From the human T2T-CHM13v2.0 reference genome, Homo sapiens, in the NCBI RefSeq assembly GCF_009914755.1, contig NC_060929.1: a DNA stretch of 64,000 bases; one strand, written 5' to 3'. Of this stretch, positions 61,627-64,000 are shown one piece after another. The position numbers and the translations under genes are program-made. The notes below the pieces were generated by a model that saw only the letters and a list, made by a program, of their open reading frames with translations, did no database searches and was not told the origin of the DNA. Within the stretch, counting starts at the first letter, position 1. Each line of letters starts with the position of its first letter.

Positions 61627-64000
61627 CTGCAGGACCAAGAATAAACCTGTGACAGCCTACAGGCCAGCCGCAGGGCACGTGGCCCAAGACCCTCCCACAA
61701 GGAAAGCTGCTGCTGCAGCCAGTAAACCTGCCAGGCCCCTGGGGAGAGCACTGCCCAGCCGGCTAGGGCCTGTTTTCTTCCCAGCTCCCTCCAGTCACCA
61801 GCAATAAAAAAGAGAGGAGGCAGAGTGGAGAGAAAACAGTAAGGGCTTTACAAGCAGAATCATCTGGGTCTAAATCCTGGGGTCTGCCGCCCTCTTTGAG
61901 GCTCATGTTCCGCACATGTAGAGGAGTGATGATCTCCATCTGTGTGGTTGCCATGGCAAGTACATGAGAAGGGTCTACACCACACAGAAGATGGCCTGCC
62001 TGCAGAATAAGTGCTCAAAAACAGACCCGGGAAAGACCAACAGTCGCTGTGTGACTGGCTGAGAAGGCTGAGGTCCCAAGGGCAGGAGCCACCAGACATT
62101 CTTGCCACAGAGACCCACATACAGGCTGCAGGGGAACAACTCGGCAACCAGCTAAGGGCCTGAGCCTAACGCAGGTCAGCAGCTGTGCCTGAGGAGACTG
62201 GGGAAAGGCTCTGTCCAATGGCATGCACAGGGAAGAGCCCTGGCTTGACGCTGATGGATCACCCAATTGTAGAGATGAGGAGGCTGAGGCTCAAAGCCGA
62301 CACGTGGGTCCTGGTCAGCCTGGGACTGGAATCTGAGGAAAGGCCTTGTTGAAGGGAGCAGGAATCTCTGGAGCCAAGGGGGGACCTAATGAGCAAGAGC
62401 TCGGCCAGGCACACAGTGTGAGAGCCGAGCATGCACAGCCCTTGGAGACGGCGAGCGGCCCTGCAGGACAAGGACCGGCCCTGGAGTCAGGCCCCAGTTC
62501 CCATCTGGGCTCTGCTGCTTCCTGCTCGTATCTTAGGAAAAATCCTTTCAGTTTTCAAACTCCCAATGGTTGAGTAAAAAGGGAACGAGATGGCCATCTG
62601 CCTAAAAATACATCAGGTGACATCACCCGTAAGGTGCCTGGCACTGATGACCCCTGACCAGTGGTCAGACACGGCTCCCCTCATGGTGCCTCCTCCACTC
62701 TGTGCTGGGCTCTCCCAACAGCTGTGAGAGCTGCCACCGGCCACAGCACTGGTGCTGCTCTGCTCCTATCAAGAACCCTCCAAAGACAAGGGCTGAAACA
62801 GTGTGATGAAGTTCCAGGCAACCCGGGGCAGGAGGGAAACCAGCCAGGCGCGAGCTGGAAATGATGAAAGCTGGTTGGCAGGAAGGGTGCTTACCAGACC
62901 TCTCTCCTCTGCTGGGTATGTGACTGAAAAACCCCCAAACAATGGATGTTCTGGGGTCTGAGCGGACCCAAGCACTTCCATGCTGAGAGAGGAGGCTCCT
63001 GGGCAGTGGGCAGACTACAGGCCCTGGAATGGGTCATCCTGAGGATAAACCGCCCATGTCAGGTCCCCCGTGTCACGTGCCAGTTCTGGTCAGGAGCTGG
63101 CCCTGGGCCTGGCACCTGCTCAGGGCCCCAAAGAGAAACCGAGAACCACAGCCAAGGGCCACCACGGCCTGGTGACCAGTGAGGCCTGAGCAGGTTAGAG
63201 GCACCCCAGTGCTCGCTGAGCACCTGCCCTGGGCCAAACAGCCATTTATAGAGCTTACAATTGAGCAGGAGGGCCAGAGACAATAAAATTAATTACTCGG
63301 TAGACTCAAAGATGGTAAATATTATGAAGAAAAATAAAGCCAGCAAAGATGCTGGGGAGTGGGCTGGGGACACAGGAGGGGGCACGACATTCCACGAGGG
63401 CATCAGGGAAGGCCGCACTGAGGAGGTAACATCTGAGCAAGGCCCTAGGAGACAAGGGTGAAACAGCCGGGGCAGGAGGGCACAGGCGCATCCAGGCAGC
63501 AGCTGGAAGCCACAGTAGGCAGGGGGAGCAGTGAGCAGGGAGCCAGAGGTGGCAGGGCTGGCACAGAGGCCCTGGCGCCCCCTGCAGAGCTCTGCGCAGA
63601 GCAGCAGGAGGCCTCACACGGGCTGAAGGCGATTACTGAAGGCGATTACACGGCTGCTGTGCTCACGAGAGACTGTTGGGGGCTGGTGAAGGAGGGGACC
63701 ACTTGGGAGACTCCTGTGAGAGACACTGGTGGCCTGAAGCCGCCAGGTAGTCAGGGAGGGGAGGGAAGTGGTGAGACGTGCTGTGAAAATAAAGCCACAG
63801 GGACTGTTGATGGACCAGAGGTGCCATGTGAGAGAAAGAAGGGTCCGGAAAGACAGCAAGCAAATAGAGGGGCACAGGTGCCACTGACATCCCGATGGGC
63901 AAGATGTGGCCTCAGCTGTGGGCACAAGGGCTGAGCAGGTCCAGAGCGGTCTGGGCTGGAGATAAATCTGGGAATCTACATTGCCCAAATCTAACTGACC

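Overview
Human (or very close primate) genomic DNA, recognisable from the translated exons as the NSD1-RAB24-PRELID1-MXD3-LMAN2 cluster (5q35.3). It holds the last 7 coding exons of NSD1 (+; AWS/SET/post-SET, PHD-C5HCH, long C-terminal tail) and a ~4.75 kb 3'UTR. It also holds complete RAB24 (-, 8 coding exons, 203 aa), complete PRELID1 (+, 5 exons, 219 aa) head-to-head with RAB24 on a CpG island, complete MXD3 (-, 6 exons, 206 aa) tail-to-tail with PRELID1, and the last two exons of LMAN2 (-). Exon boundaries were read by hand (GT-AG, phases consistent). The rest is dense in Alu, L1/L2/MIR, DNA-transposon and LTR/ERVL relics; repeat boundaries and subfamily names are approximate. I found no prokaryotic-type or clearly new system. 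The best leads are regulatory: an alternative MXD3 last exon whose 3'UTR would run antisense through PRELID1, a stop-less MXD3 intron-retention frame, a skippable basic-region microexon, a stop-introducing cryptic acceptor in NSD1, a palindromic NSD1 poly(A) signal, and an ERVL relic whose LTR points away from its gag-pol.
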